Of a stretch of DNA of 20,000 nt, positions 8,030 through 16,240 are shown in pieces. Position numbers and translations under genes: made by a program. The notes beneath the pieces were generated by a model that saw only the letters and a list, made by a program, of their open reading frames with translations, did not search any database and had not been told where the DNA came from. Each line of letters begins with the position of its first letter. The stretch's first letter is position 1. The DNA comes from an uncultured virus (IMG/VR IMGVR_UViG_3300044641_009318) (taxonomy: Duplodnaviria; Heunggongvirae; Uroviricota; Caudoviricetes), in the IMG/VR virus record IMGVR_UViG_3300044641_009318; one strand, given 5' to 3'.

Positions 8030-8410
8030 TTAATCCATAATCCAATTAAAGATAGAGTAGTTCTCGGCGATTTGATTAATGTATTGAATAACCTCATCGA
8101 GTCCTCCGAGTTCCTCGTTTTCATATCTTGGGAATTCTACTTCAATATCAATATTTCCTCTGTTGTTAGAAACATGAAATGAAACGTAGTTGTCATTGAA
8201 GTAAGGGAATTCTTGCCCTTCAAAACCAAATACTTGAATTTCATCATCCATTATCAATAAACTTCTTGGGTCAACCAAATCGTATCTTAAAAGAAAATCG
8301 GCAACCATCAAAGTATCATCACTCGGATTCCCTAAAACGTTATTTTCTTCTTCATCGTTATAGAATTCTCGAAGTCTTTTGTGTTGAGATTCGGATATAA
8401 TATATTTCAT
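8030..8410 (-). CDS. Acidic hypothetical protein with MKYIISESQ leader
   Basis: 126-aa ORF; GTATTTAT at 8423-8416 upstream. Confidence 0.75.
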   Translation of the reverse strand: MKYIISESQHKRLREFYNDEEENNVLGNPSDDTLMVADFLLRYDLVDPRSLLIMDDEIQVFGFEGQEFPYFNDNYVSFHVSNNRGNIDIEVEFPRYENEELGGLDEVIQYINQIAENYSIFNWIMD

Positions 8411-8459
8411 ATTAAATAAATACCTTTAGAAAAATATTTATTGATAAATACCAATAACT

Positions 8460-8699
8460 ATGGAGAGATTAAGACAATTCTTTAATCAACTTTTGAGTGA
8501 AGGGACTGCCGTTTCATCAAAAAGATTTTCAGGGATTGTTACCTTGTTAAATCTTATTATTTTGACTTATATTTCAACCATTAAGAATGGCACAACACCT
8601 GAATACATGTATACAACTCTCGCGTTTTTGGTTGGTTCACTTTTAGGGCTCACTTCAATCGAGAGAATCATGATGAAAAAAGACGAAAAGAAAGAATAA
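8460..8699 (+). CDS. Two-TM holin-like membrane protein
   Basis: SSKR followed by two TM helices and a charged C-tail (KKDEKKE); ATATTTAT at 8434-8441. Confidence 0.55.
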   Translation: MERLRQFFNQLLSEGTAVSSKRFSGIVTLLNLIILTYISTIKNGTTPEYMYTTLAFLVGSLLGLTSIERIMMKKDEKKE

Positions 8700-8720
8700 T
8701 AATTATCAAACAAAAAAACT

Positions 8721-9299
8721 ATGAAATACATTATTTCTGAATCTCAATACAATAAATTGTTGAATGAACAAGACACCGATGTTTGTCTTCAAGATGAACT
8801 CGATGAACTCAACGACCTACTAAGCGGAGTGGTAGAAGTTGATGTCGAAGATTTAGGTGGGGAAATACCTGATGAAGAGATTCTCGCTCAAGTTCAAGAC
8901 CCGAAAAACAAAAGTTTATTATCTCGGGTTTTGAGTAATTTATCACAGATGAGCCCTGACCAATTAAGAGATGAGTTAAAGAAAATTATATCTCTTAGAA
9001 ATATTAAAGAACAATCTACACCATACTTCGAAAGGGTAACAAACATCGGTGGGGTGGAAGTTCCTACCGCAGCTGTCCATGGTGTTTTGGGACTGTTGGC
9101 AATTAGTATTTTAAGTAAAATCATCAACTCATTGGGAAATAACAGAGGTGGCTCAGGTGGAGGACGACGCAGAAGATATGGTAGAATTGCCTCCAAAGCA
9201 ACCGGTTGTCAAGGAGGGAGCGCAAGAGCTAGACTTGTGAGGATGAGAAGACGTCGAGAGAATTGGAAAAGTTTCTTAAGAAAATTGGGATTAAGATAG
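8721..9299 (+). CDS. Hypothetical protein with MKYIISESQ leader, acidic N-half, TM helix and Arg-rich C-terminus
   Basis: 192-aa ORF; first 9 aa identical to ORF 8410(-). Confidence 0.75.
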   Translation: MKYIISESQYNKLLNEQDTDVCLQDELDELNDLLSGVVEVDVEDLGGEIPDEEILAQVQDPKNKSLLSRVLSNLSQMSPDQLRDELKKIISLRNIKEQSTPYFERVTNIGGVEVPTAAVHGVLGLLAISILSKIINSLGNNRGGSGGGRRRRYGRIASKATGCQGGSARARLVRMRRRRENWKSFLRKLGLR

Positions 9300-9303
9300 A
9301 ATT

Positions 9304-9336
9304 TTTGTTCTAAATCAAATTTTTGTTGTACATTTG
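9304..9336 (+). promoter_or_regulatory. Bacteroidota housekeeping-sigma promoter
   Basis: TTTG (9304-07), 21-nt spacer, TACATTTG (9329-36), ATG at 9341. Confidence 0.7.
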
Positions 9337-9340
9337 TCTT

Positions 9341-9637
9341 ATGGATATGTACACCAAAGCCCACATTTTCCTTTACCACCTCAAAGAAGGTAAAGGATAC
9401 AAGACTTCTGTAGACACCAAGGTTGTTTGTGTCAAACGTACTAAGAAGAAGATTGTTCTCTCAAATGGAGTGATTGTTCATTTAAAAGAGAAGAATGGTA
9501 TGTTGTATTTCGCCACGGGAAGTATTGTTCGTGGTTACAAACGTTACGAGATTCTCAATCAAATTATCCGTGATATTGAAGGTTTTTTAACATACAAGAA
9601 ACTCACCAAAAATGCAGACCTTTCTCCCGTATTCTGA
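9341..9637 (+). CDS. Basic hypothetical protein
   Basis: MDMYTKAHIFLYHLKEG...; overlaps the next gene by 26 nt. Confidence 0.6.
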   Translation: MDMYTKAHIFLYHLKEGKGYKTSVDTKVVCVKRTKKKIVLSNGVIVHLKEKNGMLYFATGSIVRGYKRYEILNQIIRDIEGFLTYKKLTKNADLSPVF

Positions 9638-10106
9638 TTTTAGGTTATCTTTAAGGGCTTTGGATAACAAACGACTCGGCAAACAACGAGTCGAAGCTTA
9701 TCAGATTATCTCTGCCATTACTCAACGTCCACGTAAAGACGGTAATCCATATAAGGGGTGGGTATCACATCCTTGTTCGGTTATGTGGAGAGATTACGTC
9801 AATGCTCTGAAGATGTACTACAACGATTGTATTGATGAGTGGAAGGACCGTGGGTTCAAGAATACAATGGAGTACGAACCAATCCTTGGGGATTTTGTTT
9901 TACCACATTGGCTCGGTAACGAAGAGTTCCATTCGTCTCACAGGGCAAACTTACTTCGTAAAGACTATGGGTACTACTCAGCACAAGGATGGCCTGAAAA
10001 CCCTGATGACCCATACATTTGGATGGATGGTGAAGGTAGATGGTACAAACAAATGGTGGGGGTGAACAAAAGAGTGTATTTTGAAGAAGGGGTTGTCTGT
10101 GATTAA
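9612..10106 (+). CDS. Pyrimidine-dimer DNA glycosylase / endonuclease V superfamily (MSMEG_6728-like)
   Basis: MQTFLPY.DF...LDNKRLGKQRVEA.QI, GW.SHP..VMW, PHWLG.EEFHSSHRANLLRKD. Confidence 0.85.
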   Translation: MQTFLPYSDFRLSLRALDNKRLGKQRVEAYQIISAITQRPRKDGNPYKGWVSHPCSVMWRDYVNALKMYYNDCIDEWKDRGFKNTMEYEPILGDFVLPHWLGNEEFHSSHRANLLRKDYGYYSAQGWPENPDDPYIWMDGEGRWYKQMVGVNKRVYFEEGVVCD

Positions 10107-10135
10107 TAGTTTGTTTATACTTTAAAAAAAAGAAT

Positions 10136-10567
10136 ATGAGTAGAGTTAAAATTTCCACTGTCAAGGGAGACATGATTGCTGAATTATACGATGAGGCGAC
10201 TCCCATCACCGTCAAGAACTTTCTTGATTTAATTAATAAAGGGTTCTACAACGGACTCAATTTCCACCGAGTGATTCCAAACTTCATGATTCAAGGTGGA
10301 TGTCCTGAGGGAACAGGAAGAGGAGGGCCTGGATACAATATTCAATGTGAGGTAACAGCTCCGAATCAGTTCCATGATAAGGGAGTATTGTCAATGGCTC
10401 ACGCTGGAAGAAACACAGGAGGTTCACAGTTTTTCATTTGTCATAACCGTCAGGTTACACAACATTTGGATGGTAACCACACTTGTTTCGGTAAAGTAGT
10501 GGAGGGTTTAGATATCATCGACCAAATCGCTCAAGGAGATAAAATTAACACAATCGAATTAATTTAA
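10136..10567 (+). CDS. ppiB: Cyclophilin-type peptidyl-prolyl cis-trans isomerase
   Basis: FYNGLNFHRVIPNFMIQGGCP, GVLSMAHAGRNTGGSQFFI, HLDGNHTCFGKVVEG. Confidence 0.95.
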   Translation: MSRVKISTVKGDMIAELYDEATPITVKNFLDLINKGFYNGLNFHRVIPNFMIQGGCPEGTGRGGPGYNIQCEVTAPNQFHDKGVLSMAHAGRNTGGSQFFICHNRQVTQHLDGNHTCFGKVVEGLDIIDQIAQGDKINTIELI

Positions 10568-10574
10568 AAAAAAT

Positions 10575-11156
10575 ATGGTTGTCGACATATACCATAAGGT
10601 TCAAGAGCTTAAGTCTACACCCTCAGACATTAATGAACATTTCGATGCGATAATCAATTATGGTAGCGAATGCAAACACATCACGGAGATGGGTGTTAGA
10701 AATATTGTATCGACATGGGGGTGGTTGTACACCAAACCTGAGCATTTGATATGTTATGATATTCAGCATCCTGACAATTTGGGGGGTTCATTAGAGGATT
10801 TGGCGGATACTGCCAAAGCCCTTGGTACCAATTTTAGTTTCACATTGGCGAATGTTTTACAGGTGGAGATTGAACCCACGGAACTCCTTTTTATTGACAC
10901 TTGGCACGCATACAAACAATTAAAAGCGGAATTGGACCTGCATGCTGATAAGGTTTCGAAATACATTGTATTGCATGATACAACATCTTACGAATCTTAT
11001 GATGAAGATTCTTATTTGGATTGGGGTGATGATTGGCAACCACAGGGTATTGGTATATGGAAGGCGGTAGAGGAGTTTTTGCTGGACAATCCACATTGGT
11101 CAATAGCCGAGAGGTTTACACATAATAATGGATTTACGATTTTAAAGAGAGGTTAA
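10575..11156 (+). CDS. Class I SAM-dependent methyltransferase (Methyltransf_24-like)
   Basis: ITEMGVR motif I variant; LLFIDTWHAY...YIVLHDT; GIWKAVEEFL. Confidence 0.75.
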   Translation: MVVDIYHKVQELKSTPSDINEHFDAIINYGSECKHITEMGVRNIVSTWGWLYTKPEHLICYDIQHPDNLGGSLEDLADTAKALGTNFSFTLANVLQVEIEPTELLFIDTWHAYKQLKAELDLHADKVSKYIVLHDTTSYESYDEDSYLDWGDDWQPQGIGIWKAVEEFLLDNPHWSIAERFTHNNGFTILKRG

Positions 11157-11185
11157 TAATTCTTTAAGATATAAATTAACATTTT

Positions 11186-11524
11186 ATGAAAGAAGAAAGA
11201 CCATGGGGATACTATGAAGTTCTCCACGATGGGGAGGATTGTAAGTTAAAGAGAATAACTGTAAATTCAGGAGGAAGATTATCACTTCAATATCATTTCA
11301 AAAGAGACGAGTTTTGGAGAGTAAAAGAGGGGGTTGCTACGGTAACCATAAACGAAGAGGTATATGAACTTCAGAAGAATGATTACATACAAATCTCGAG
11401 GGGTACACACCACAGAGTAGAAAATAAACAAAACAATCCCTTGGTGTTCATTGAAACTCAAACGGGAGAATACTTCGGAGAAGATGATATCGTTAGATTA
11501 CAAGATGATTACAACAGAGTGTAA
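11186..11524 (+). CDS. Phosphomannose isomerase type II C-terminal cupin protein
   Basis: EERPWGYYEVL, LSLQYHFKRDEFW, HRVEN, IETQTGEYFGEDDIVRLQDDYNR. Confidence 0.9.
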   Translation: MKEERPWGYYEVLHDGEDCKLKRITVNSGGRLSLQYHFKRDEFWRVKEGVATVTINEEVYELQKNDYIQISRGTHHRVENKQNNPLVFIETQTGEYFGEDDIVRLQDDYNRV

Positions 11525-11571
11525 TTAGGTCAGACATAAAAGTGGGGGTAAATATTTATAGGGAAAAACTT

Positions 11572-11943
11572 ATGTGGCAAGCAAACATTACAATCAATAA
11601 TAATACAGGATACAACCTGACTATAGATGGAGTAGGACCTGGTAATACAACGATGGTACCTAACTCAACATTCAGTTGGTCATCAACTGAGGTACACAAT
11701 ACCAAGAGTCTTTTGTTTTGGGTACAAGAGAATGTATGGTATATGCAAGGTAACCTTTCATTCGGTCCTGAGGCGGGAGTATATGTAGACCGCGGATGGA
11801 TGGCGGACGGTGACCAATCTATAGAGATGGTGGCTGACGCAAACGGTAAGACATGGACTCAGACATCAAACGGTGGAGAAACTCTCTTACAGTGGAACGA
11901 ATTTGAAAGTGGGGGTAATATAACACTCACGTTTAACAAATAG
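11572..11943 (+). CDS. Hypothetical all-beta protein
   Basis: ATG 11572 after ATATTTATA (11552-60); Trp/Asn/Thr-rich strands. Confidence 0.7.
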   Translation: MWQANITINNNTGYNLTIDGVGPGNTTMVPNSTFSWSSTEVHNTKSLLFWVQENVWYMQGNLSFGPEAGVYVDRGWMADGDQSIEMVADANGKTWTQTSNGGETLLQWNEFESGGNITLTFNK

Positions 11944-11952
11944 TAAAAAAAG

Positions 11953-11976
11953 AACCCTCACCAAAAGTGAGGGTTT
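11953..11976 (+). terminator. Conserved hairpin repeat copy 1
   Basis: AACCCTCAC-CAAAA-GTGAGGGTT, perfect 9-bp stem with A-tract before and T after, right after a stop codon. Confidence 0.8.
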
Positions 11977-12041
11977 GTTATTTTGCAATGGTTTACGAAA
12001 GGGTTGTTTTCAATTAGATTTTTTTATTACGTACATACTTG

Positions 12042-12992
12042 ATGAAAGATTTAATCTTAATTACAGCTTTTACTCCAACTCCTCAGTATGAGGAGATTTT
12101 AGAAAAGACAATTTTGTCGGTTAAAGAAACTGGTTTTGATATTTTGCTTATCAATCACAGTCACACACCACTTAGAATTCAAAAACTATGTCAGTATTAT
12201 TTTTACGACCATCTAAATGATGTGAGTGAGGACCCAAATTTAAGGAGTTTTGAGTATTTTATAGCGGATGACTTCGAAATATGGTCTAAGTACAGAACAA
12301 AAAACTTTTACGGATTTGCAATTTACCGAATGTTTTCAATGGGCTCAAAAATTGCAAAGAACTTCGGGTATGAAAGATTACACCATTTGGAATATGACAC
12401 TCAAGTATTGGATAAAAAAATATTTGAAGAACACAATGAACATCTCCAAAATAATGATGCGGTTTTTTACACAAGTGATGGTACAAAAAATGGTTTTTTA
12501 TTAGGGTGTTTTAAATCATTTAATGTTTCGAATTTACCCGACACTTTCCAAAATTATGATAAGGAGCATATGAACAATACCATGTTAAATCTCCCGTGCG
12601 TTCCATTAGAAAATTATACAAAACACATATTCAAAGATTTCAATGTCAAATTCTTAGAAAGTAAAACAACCAAAACAAAACTTTCAGGGGTAGAGGTTTC
12701 AGACAGAAAAAAACATTTTACAATGTTTTATAATCCATTCAAAGAAAAGGTTGAGTTTTTCATCAGAAACATATGGGGTGACAATGAAAAAGTTATGGTT
12801 ATTACCAACGAGAATTTTACTCAGAATATCATCGTTCCACCCCACCATTGGCACATAAGAACATTGTGTGATATAGATGATTTCAAAAGCATAATGGTTT
12901 TTCAAAACAACTCCATGATTTACGAATTTCGGGTAAATAACAAAGAAGAACTCGAAACTTTCAAACAAAATGCATTTAGCAAAAGCAGATGA
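12042..12992 (+). CDS. Putative glycosyltransferase-like (GT-A-like) protein
   Basis: N-terminal ILITAF strand, LLINHS.TP..IQ....YYFYD, HHLEYD (DxD-like); paralog of ORF 19319. Confidence 0.5.
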   Translation: MKDLILITAFTPTPQYEEILEKTILSVKETGFDILLINHSHTPLRIQKLCQYYFYDHLNDVSEDPNLRSFEYFIADDFEIWSKYRTKNFYGFAIYRMFSMGSKIAKNFGYERLHHLEYDTQVLDKKIFEEHNEHLQNNDAVFYTSDGTKNGFLLGCFKSFNVSNLPDTFQNYDKEHMNNTMLNLPCVPLENYTKHIFKDFNVKFLESKTTKTKLSGVEVSDRKKHFTMFYNPFKEKVEFFIRNIWGDNEKVMVITNENFTQNIIVPPHHWHIRTLCDIDDFKSIMVFQNNSMIYEFRVNNKEELETFKQNAFSKSR

Positions 12993-13822
12993 AAAAGATA
13001 ATTAATTTTACTCCAACTGGAACGCAACCCACTAAAGAAAATTCTTTAGCACCACTTGAACTCAACGAGATAATTGAGGAAGTGCACCAAGCTTATGAGA
13101 TTGGTATAAGTATAACGCACATACACGCCAGAGACCCTGAAACTTTTTCGAATACATACAAGAAAGAAATTTACGGACAGATTATTCAGGGGATAAGAAA
13201 ATACTGTCCAGAGCTTTTGGTTTGCGCTTCATTAACGGGAAGGAATTTCCCTGAGCTCAGTCAGAGAACGGAAGTATTGGAATGCTTGCCAGATATGGGT
13301 TCATTAACGATGTCATCACTTAACTTCCCAAGTGGAACATCAACAAATCAACCTGAGATGATATTGAATTTAATTTCCAAAATGGGGGAATATGGTGTGC
13401 AACCAGAAATTGAATGTTTTGATTCCGGAATGGTCAATTACACCAAATACTTAATTTCAAAAAACATACTAAAGCCACCATTTTACATGAATGTAATTTT
13501 GGGTAATATCTATAATGCACAAAGTGATTTAAACTCATTAGCGGCAATAAAAAGCGCTATACCACATAATGTTACAACTTGTATAGGTGGGATTGGAAAT
13601 CACCAATTAAAAAGCAATATAATTGGTTTATTAGAGTTTGATGGGATAAGAATTGGTTTGGAAGATAATTTATATTACAAAGGTAAGATAAAGGCTACCA
13701 ACATAGAACTTCTCAAGCGAGCATATCGAATAATGGATGAATTGGAAATGGAGTGTGTGTCATCAAAAGAACTAAGAGAAAATGGATATGGAAACAAACT
13801 TATTGATAGTAGGGAAAGGTGA
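12989..13822 (+). CDS. kce: Beta-keto acid cleavage enzyme (BKACE/DUF849; 3-keto-5-aminohexanoate cleavage enzyme family)
   Basis: IINFTPTG..PTKE, HIHARD zinc site, PDMGSLTMSSLNF, PEIECFDSG, GIRIGLEDNLY. Confidence 0.9.
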   Translation: MKKIINFTPTGTQPTKENSLAPLELNEIIEEVHQAYEIGISITHIHARDPETFSNTYKKEIYGQIIQGIRKYCPELLVCASLTGRNFPELSQRTEVLECLPDMGSLTMSSLNFPSGTSTNQPEMILNLISKMGEYGVQPEIECFDSGMVNYTKYLISKNILKPPFYMNVILGNIYNAQSDLNSLAAIKSAIPHNVTTCIGGIGNHQLKSNIIGLLEFDGIRIGLEDNLYYKGKIKATNIELLKRAYRIMDELEMECVSSKELRENGYGNKLIDSRER

Positions 13823-14438
13823 TAATATTCTCACGATGATATTTGATAATTTAACTTCCAATGCAATATTTGGAGAAGTAGATGTGTTCAATAATCTTAA
13901 TTTAGAGATATTAAATAAAATATCCCACCCAAGTTTCAATATCAATATGTTCACTGAACTTGATGTAAATCAATATCCACAATTTTGTTTGGGTGTTTAC
14001 AAACCATCAATAAAAAAAACTTTGGTAAACAGATATAACTTAGATATCAACAAAGCCACTAATGTTATTCATTCAACATTAAGTAAGAGTGACACAGTTA
14101 TTTTAGGTAGGGGAATACTGATTAACTCACTAGTAAGCATAGCGGCTCATACTATAATAGGAAATTACGTGACTATAAACAGAAACGTATCAATAGGTCA
14201 TCACACGACAATAGAAAATTACACCTCAATTAACCCAGGTGTAAACATAGCAGGTAACGTAATAATAGGGGAAGGAACCACAATAGGAATGGGGGCAAAT
14301 ATAATTGACGGGGTAAAGATAGGAAAGAATTCCATAATAGGGGCGGGTTCGGTTGTAACAAAAGACATTCCTGATAACGTAATTGCTTACGGTAATCCAT
14401 GTAAAATAATTAGAGACAATGAAACACAATCCATATAA
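13782..14438 (+). CDS. Sugar O/N-acyltransferase, NeuD/PglD hexapeptide family
   Basis: Hexapeptide repeats, SIGHH catalytic His, GAGSVVTKDIP...AYGNPCK; start may be 13788. Confidence 0.9.
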   Translation: MDMETNLLIVGKGDNILTMIFDNLTSNAIFGEVDVFNNLNLEILNKISHPSFNINMFTELDVNQYPQFCLGVYKPSIKKTLVNRYNLDINKATNVIHSTLSKSDTVILGRGILINSLVSIAAHTIIGNYVTINRNVSIGHHTTIENYTSINPGVNIAGNVIIGEGTTIGMGANIIDGVKIGKNSIIGAGSVVTKDIPDNVIAYGNPCKIIRDNETQSI

Positions 14439-15015
14439 GATAGTACAAATGTTTGAGGAGGAGATTGCCGAATATACAGGAGCTCCGTATGCTGTAGCAT
14501 TAGATAATTGCACTGATGCATTATTTTTATGTTGTACATATTTGAATGTAGAAAATGTTACAATACCTAAGAAGACTTACTTATCGGTTCCACAAGCTGT
14601 AATGGCATCAGGGGGTAAACTATCTTTTGATGATGTGGAATGGAAAGGGTTGTATCAATTAAAACCATATCCGATTTATGATTCCGCAAGAAGATTCACT
14701 TCAAATATGTACATACCAAACGCATTCATGTGTTTATCGTTTCATCCCAAGAAGATATTAAAAATGAGAAAGGGTGGAATGATTCTAACTGATAATGAAG
14801 AAGCGTACCAATGGTTTAAGAAAGCAAGACACGAAGGTAGGGATGAAATACCATATACCCAAGATAATATAAGGTTTATGGGATGGAATATGTACATGAC
14901 ACCACCTGATGCCGCGGAAGGATTGTGGTTAATGTCATCAATGCCAAAGGATAATGAAGATACAGTAGAAGATTATCCTGACCTAACAAGAAATGATTTA
15001 TTTAAATTACAATAA
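14419..15015 (+). CDS. Compact DegT/DnrJ/EryC1/StrS aminotransferase
   Basis: FEEEIAEYTGAPYAVALDNCTDALFL, YDSA, LSFHPKK (PLP Lys), GGMILTDN, GWNMYM; only 198 aa. Confidence 0.85.
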   Translation: MKHNPYKIVQMFEEEIAEYTGAPYAVALDNCTDALFLCCTYLNVENVTIPKKTYLSVPQAVMASGGKLSFDDVEWKGLYQLKPYPIYDSARRFTSNMYIPNAFMCLSFHPKKILKMRKGGMILTDNEEAYQWFKKARHEGRDEIPYTQDNIRFMGWNMYMTPPDAAEGLWLMSSMPKDNEDTVEDYPDLTRNDLFKLQ

Positions 15016-15040
15016 AAAGTTTGGGGGGTATTAATAGAGC

Positions 15041-15065
15041 ACTCTCACCAAAAGTGGGGGTTTTT
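15041..15065 (+). terminator. Conserved hairpin repeat copy 2
   Basis: ACTCTCAC-CAAAA-GTGGGGGT followed by TTTT. Confidence 0.75.
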
Positions 15066-15090
15066 CATTTATAAGGGTATTTATTATTAA

Positions 15091-15465
15091 ATGAATCTAC
15101 AGGAACAAATATCAAGAATCCAAGAGGTGATGGGGGTTATCAATGAATCCAAGATTGTTGATTTTCTACAAAAAAAGATTAATAACACCATAGAACAAAT
15201 AAGAGAAGATTCTGAAAATTGGGGTCTTGGTGAAATGGATGGACTTGATGAAATTCAATCTATTGAAAAAATAGAAATAGACCGATTCGTTAACTTTACA
15301 CGACCGGTCATCTATGTAAATATTTTTGTTAATAGTCAAAGAAGAGATTTTGATAATGTTATGTCCGAAATAAATTATCATATACAAAAACTCCTTCCAA
15401 GTTCATTTGTTCAGGTTAATGAAATTATAGACACAAGAACTTTCGGACCAGGTATAGATTTTTGA
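15091..15465 (+). CDS. Hypothetical protein with MNLQEQISRIQEVMGVINE leader
   Basis: 124-aa ORF; GTATTTAT at 15077-84. Confidence 0.75.
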   Translation: MNLQEQISRIQEVMGVINESKIVDFLQKKINNTIEQIREDSENWGLGEMDGLDEIQSIEKIEIDRFVNFTRPVIYVNIFVNSQRRDFDNVMSEINYHIQKLLPSSFVQVNEIIDTRTFGPGIDF

Positions 15466-15575
15466 CATCTATTTTTTCTATTTAAGGGGGATGTTTTTAT
15501 AAAAAACCAAAAATAATTTACCGAAAAACTTTACATAATATAATAATTTTATATGTTATCAAAAAACATTATAGT

Positions 15576-16154
15576 ATGACAAAAAATTTAGTACAACTAA
15601 TCGAAAAAGTTCAGATGAATATCGGTGAAGATTCATTTGAGATTACCAATTATGCGTTGTCTGATATTCTCGGCAACACTGACCAAATCAAAGTTTCATA
15701 CAACGAGGGGGATTTAACAAAAAACTATGTTAAGTACGCCACAGACTTACTTTCAGGTATGTATGGTGAAGAGTTTATGGAAGACATTATAAATGGATTC
15801 GGGGAAACTCTAAAAACAAATTTAAATAACTTCAAAGAGTCGTACAGAAACAAAAAGTCTGCTATCAAAGAGATTCTACCAAGTATTTTTATTCACACTT
15901 CAATGAGTAAAGTTTTGATGGAGTCTATGATTGTTAGTCTTACATTCCAAGCAAGACTTCATATCAAATTTCATGATAAGATTAAAAACGAAAAAAAATG
16001 GGATGAGAAGACATTGATTGTATCTGCATCAAAATACAAGAATATGTCTGAATTTTCTAAATCAGAACCTGAAGCATATAGAGTGGTGGTAAGAACAGGA
16101 TTTAAAGAAAACATTTCAAATTTCTATAAGAAGAAAAAACTTAGTGAAAAATAA
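15576..16154 (+). CDS. Hypothetical protein with a C-terminal W...A.KY...EF....AY helical motif (possible DNA-binding module)
   Basis: 192-aa ORF; KWDEKTLIVSASKYKNMSEFSKSEPEAYRVV. Confidence 0.6.
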   Translation: MTKNLVQLIEKVQMNIGEDSFEITNYALSDILGNTDQIKVSYNEGDLTKNYVKYATDLLSGMYGEEFMEDIINGFGETLKTNLNNFKESYRNKKSAIKEILPSIFIHTSMSKVLMESMIVSLTFQARLHIKFHDKIKNEKKWDEKTLIVSASKYKNMSEFSKSEPEAYRVVVRTGFKENISNFYKKKKLSEK

Positions 16155-16165
16155 GGAGACAATAG

Positions 16166-16191
16166 AACCCTCACCAAAAGTGGGGGTTTTT
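16166..16191 (+). terminator. Conserved hairpin repeat copy 3
   Basis: AACCCTCAC-CAAAA-GTGGGGGTT followed by TTT. Confidence 0.8.
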
Positions 16192-16240
16192 ATTTACTCA
16201 CTAATTCCCCATTACTATATTTTCATTTTATAATTTGAGT

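Noticed and set aside
14419..15015. DegT pseudogene
   Set aside because: No frameshift or downstream remnant; catalytic motifs intact and a clean terminator follows
15576..16154. Homing endonuclease
   Set aside because: Only a single C-terminal helical motif; no GIY-YIG, HNH or LAGLIDADG catalytic motif visible
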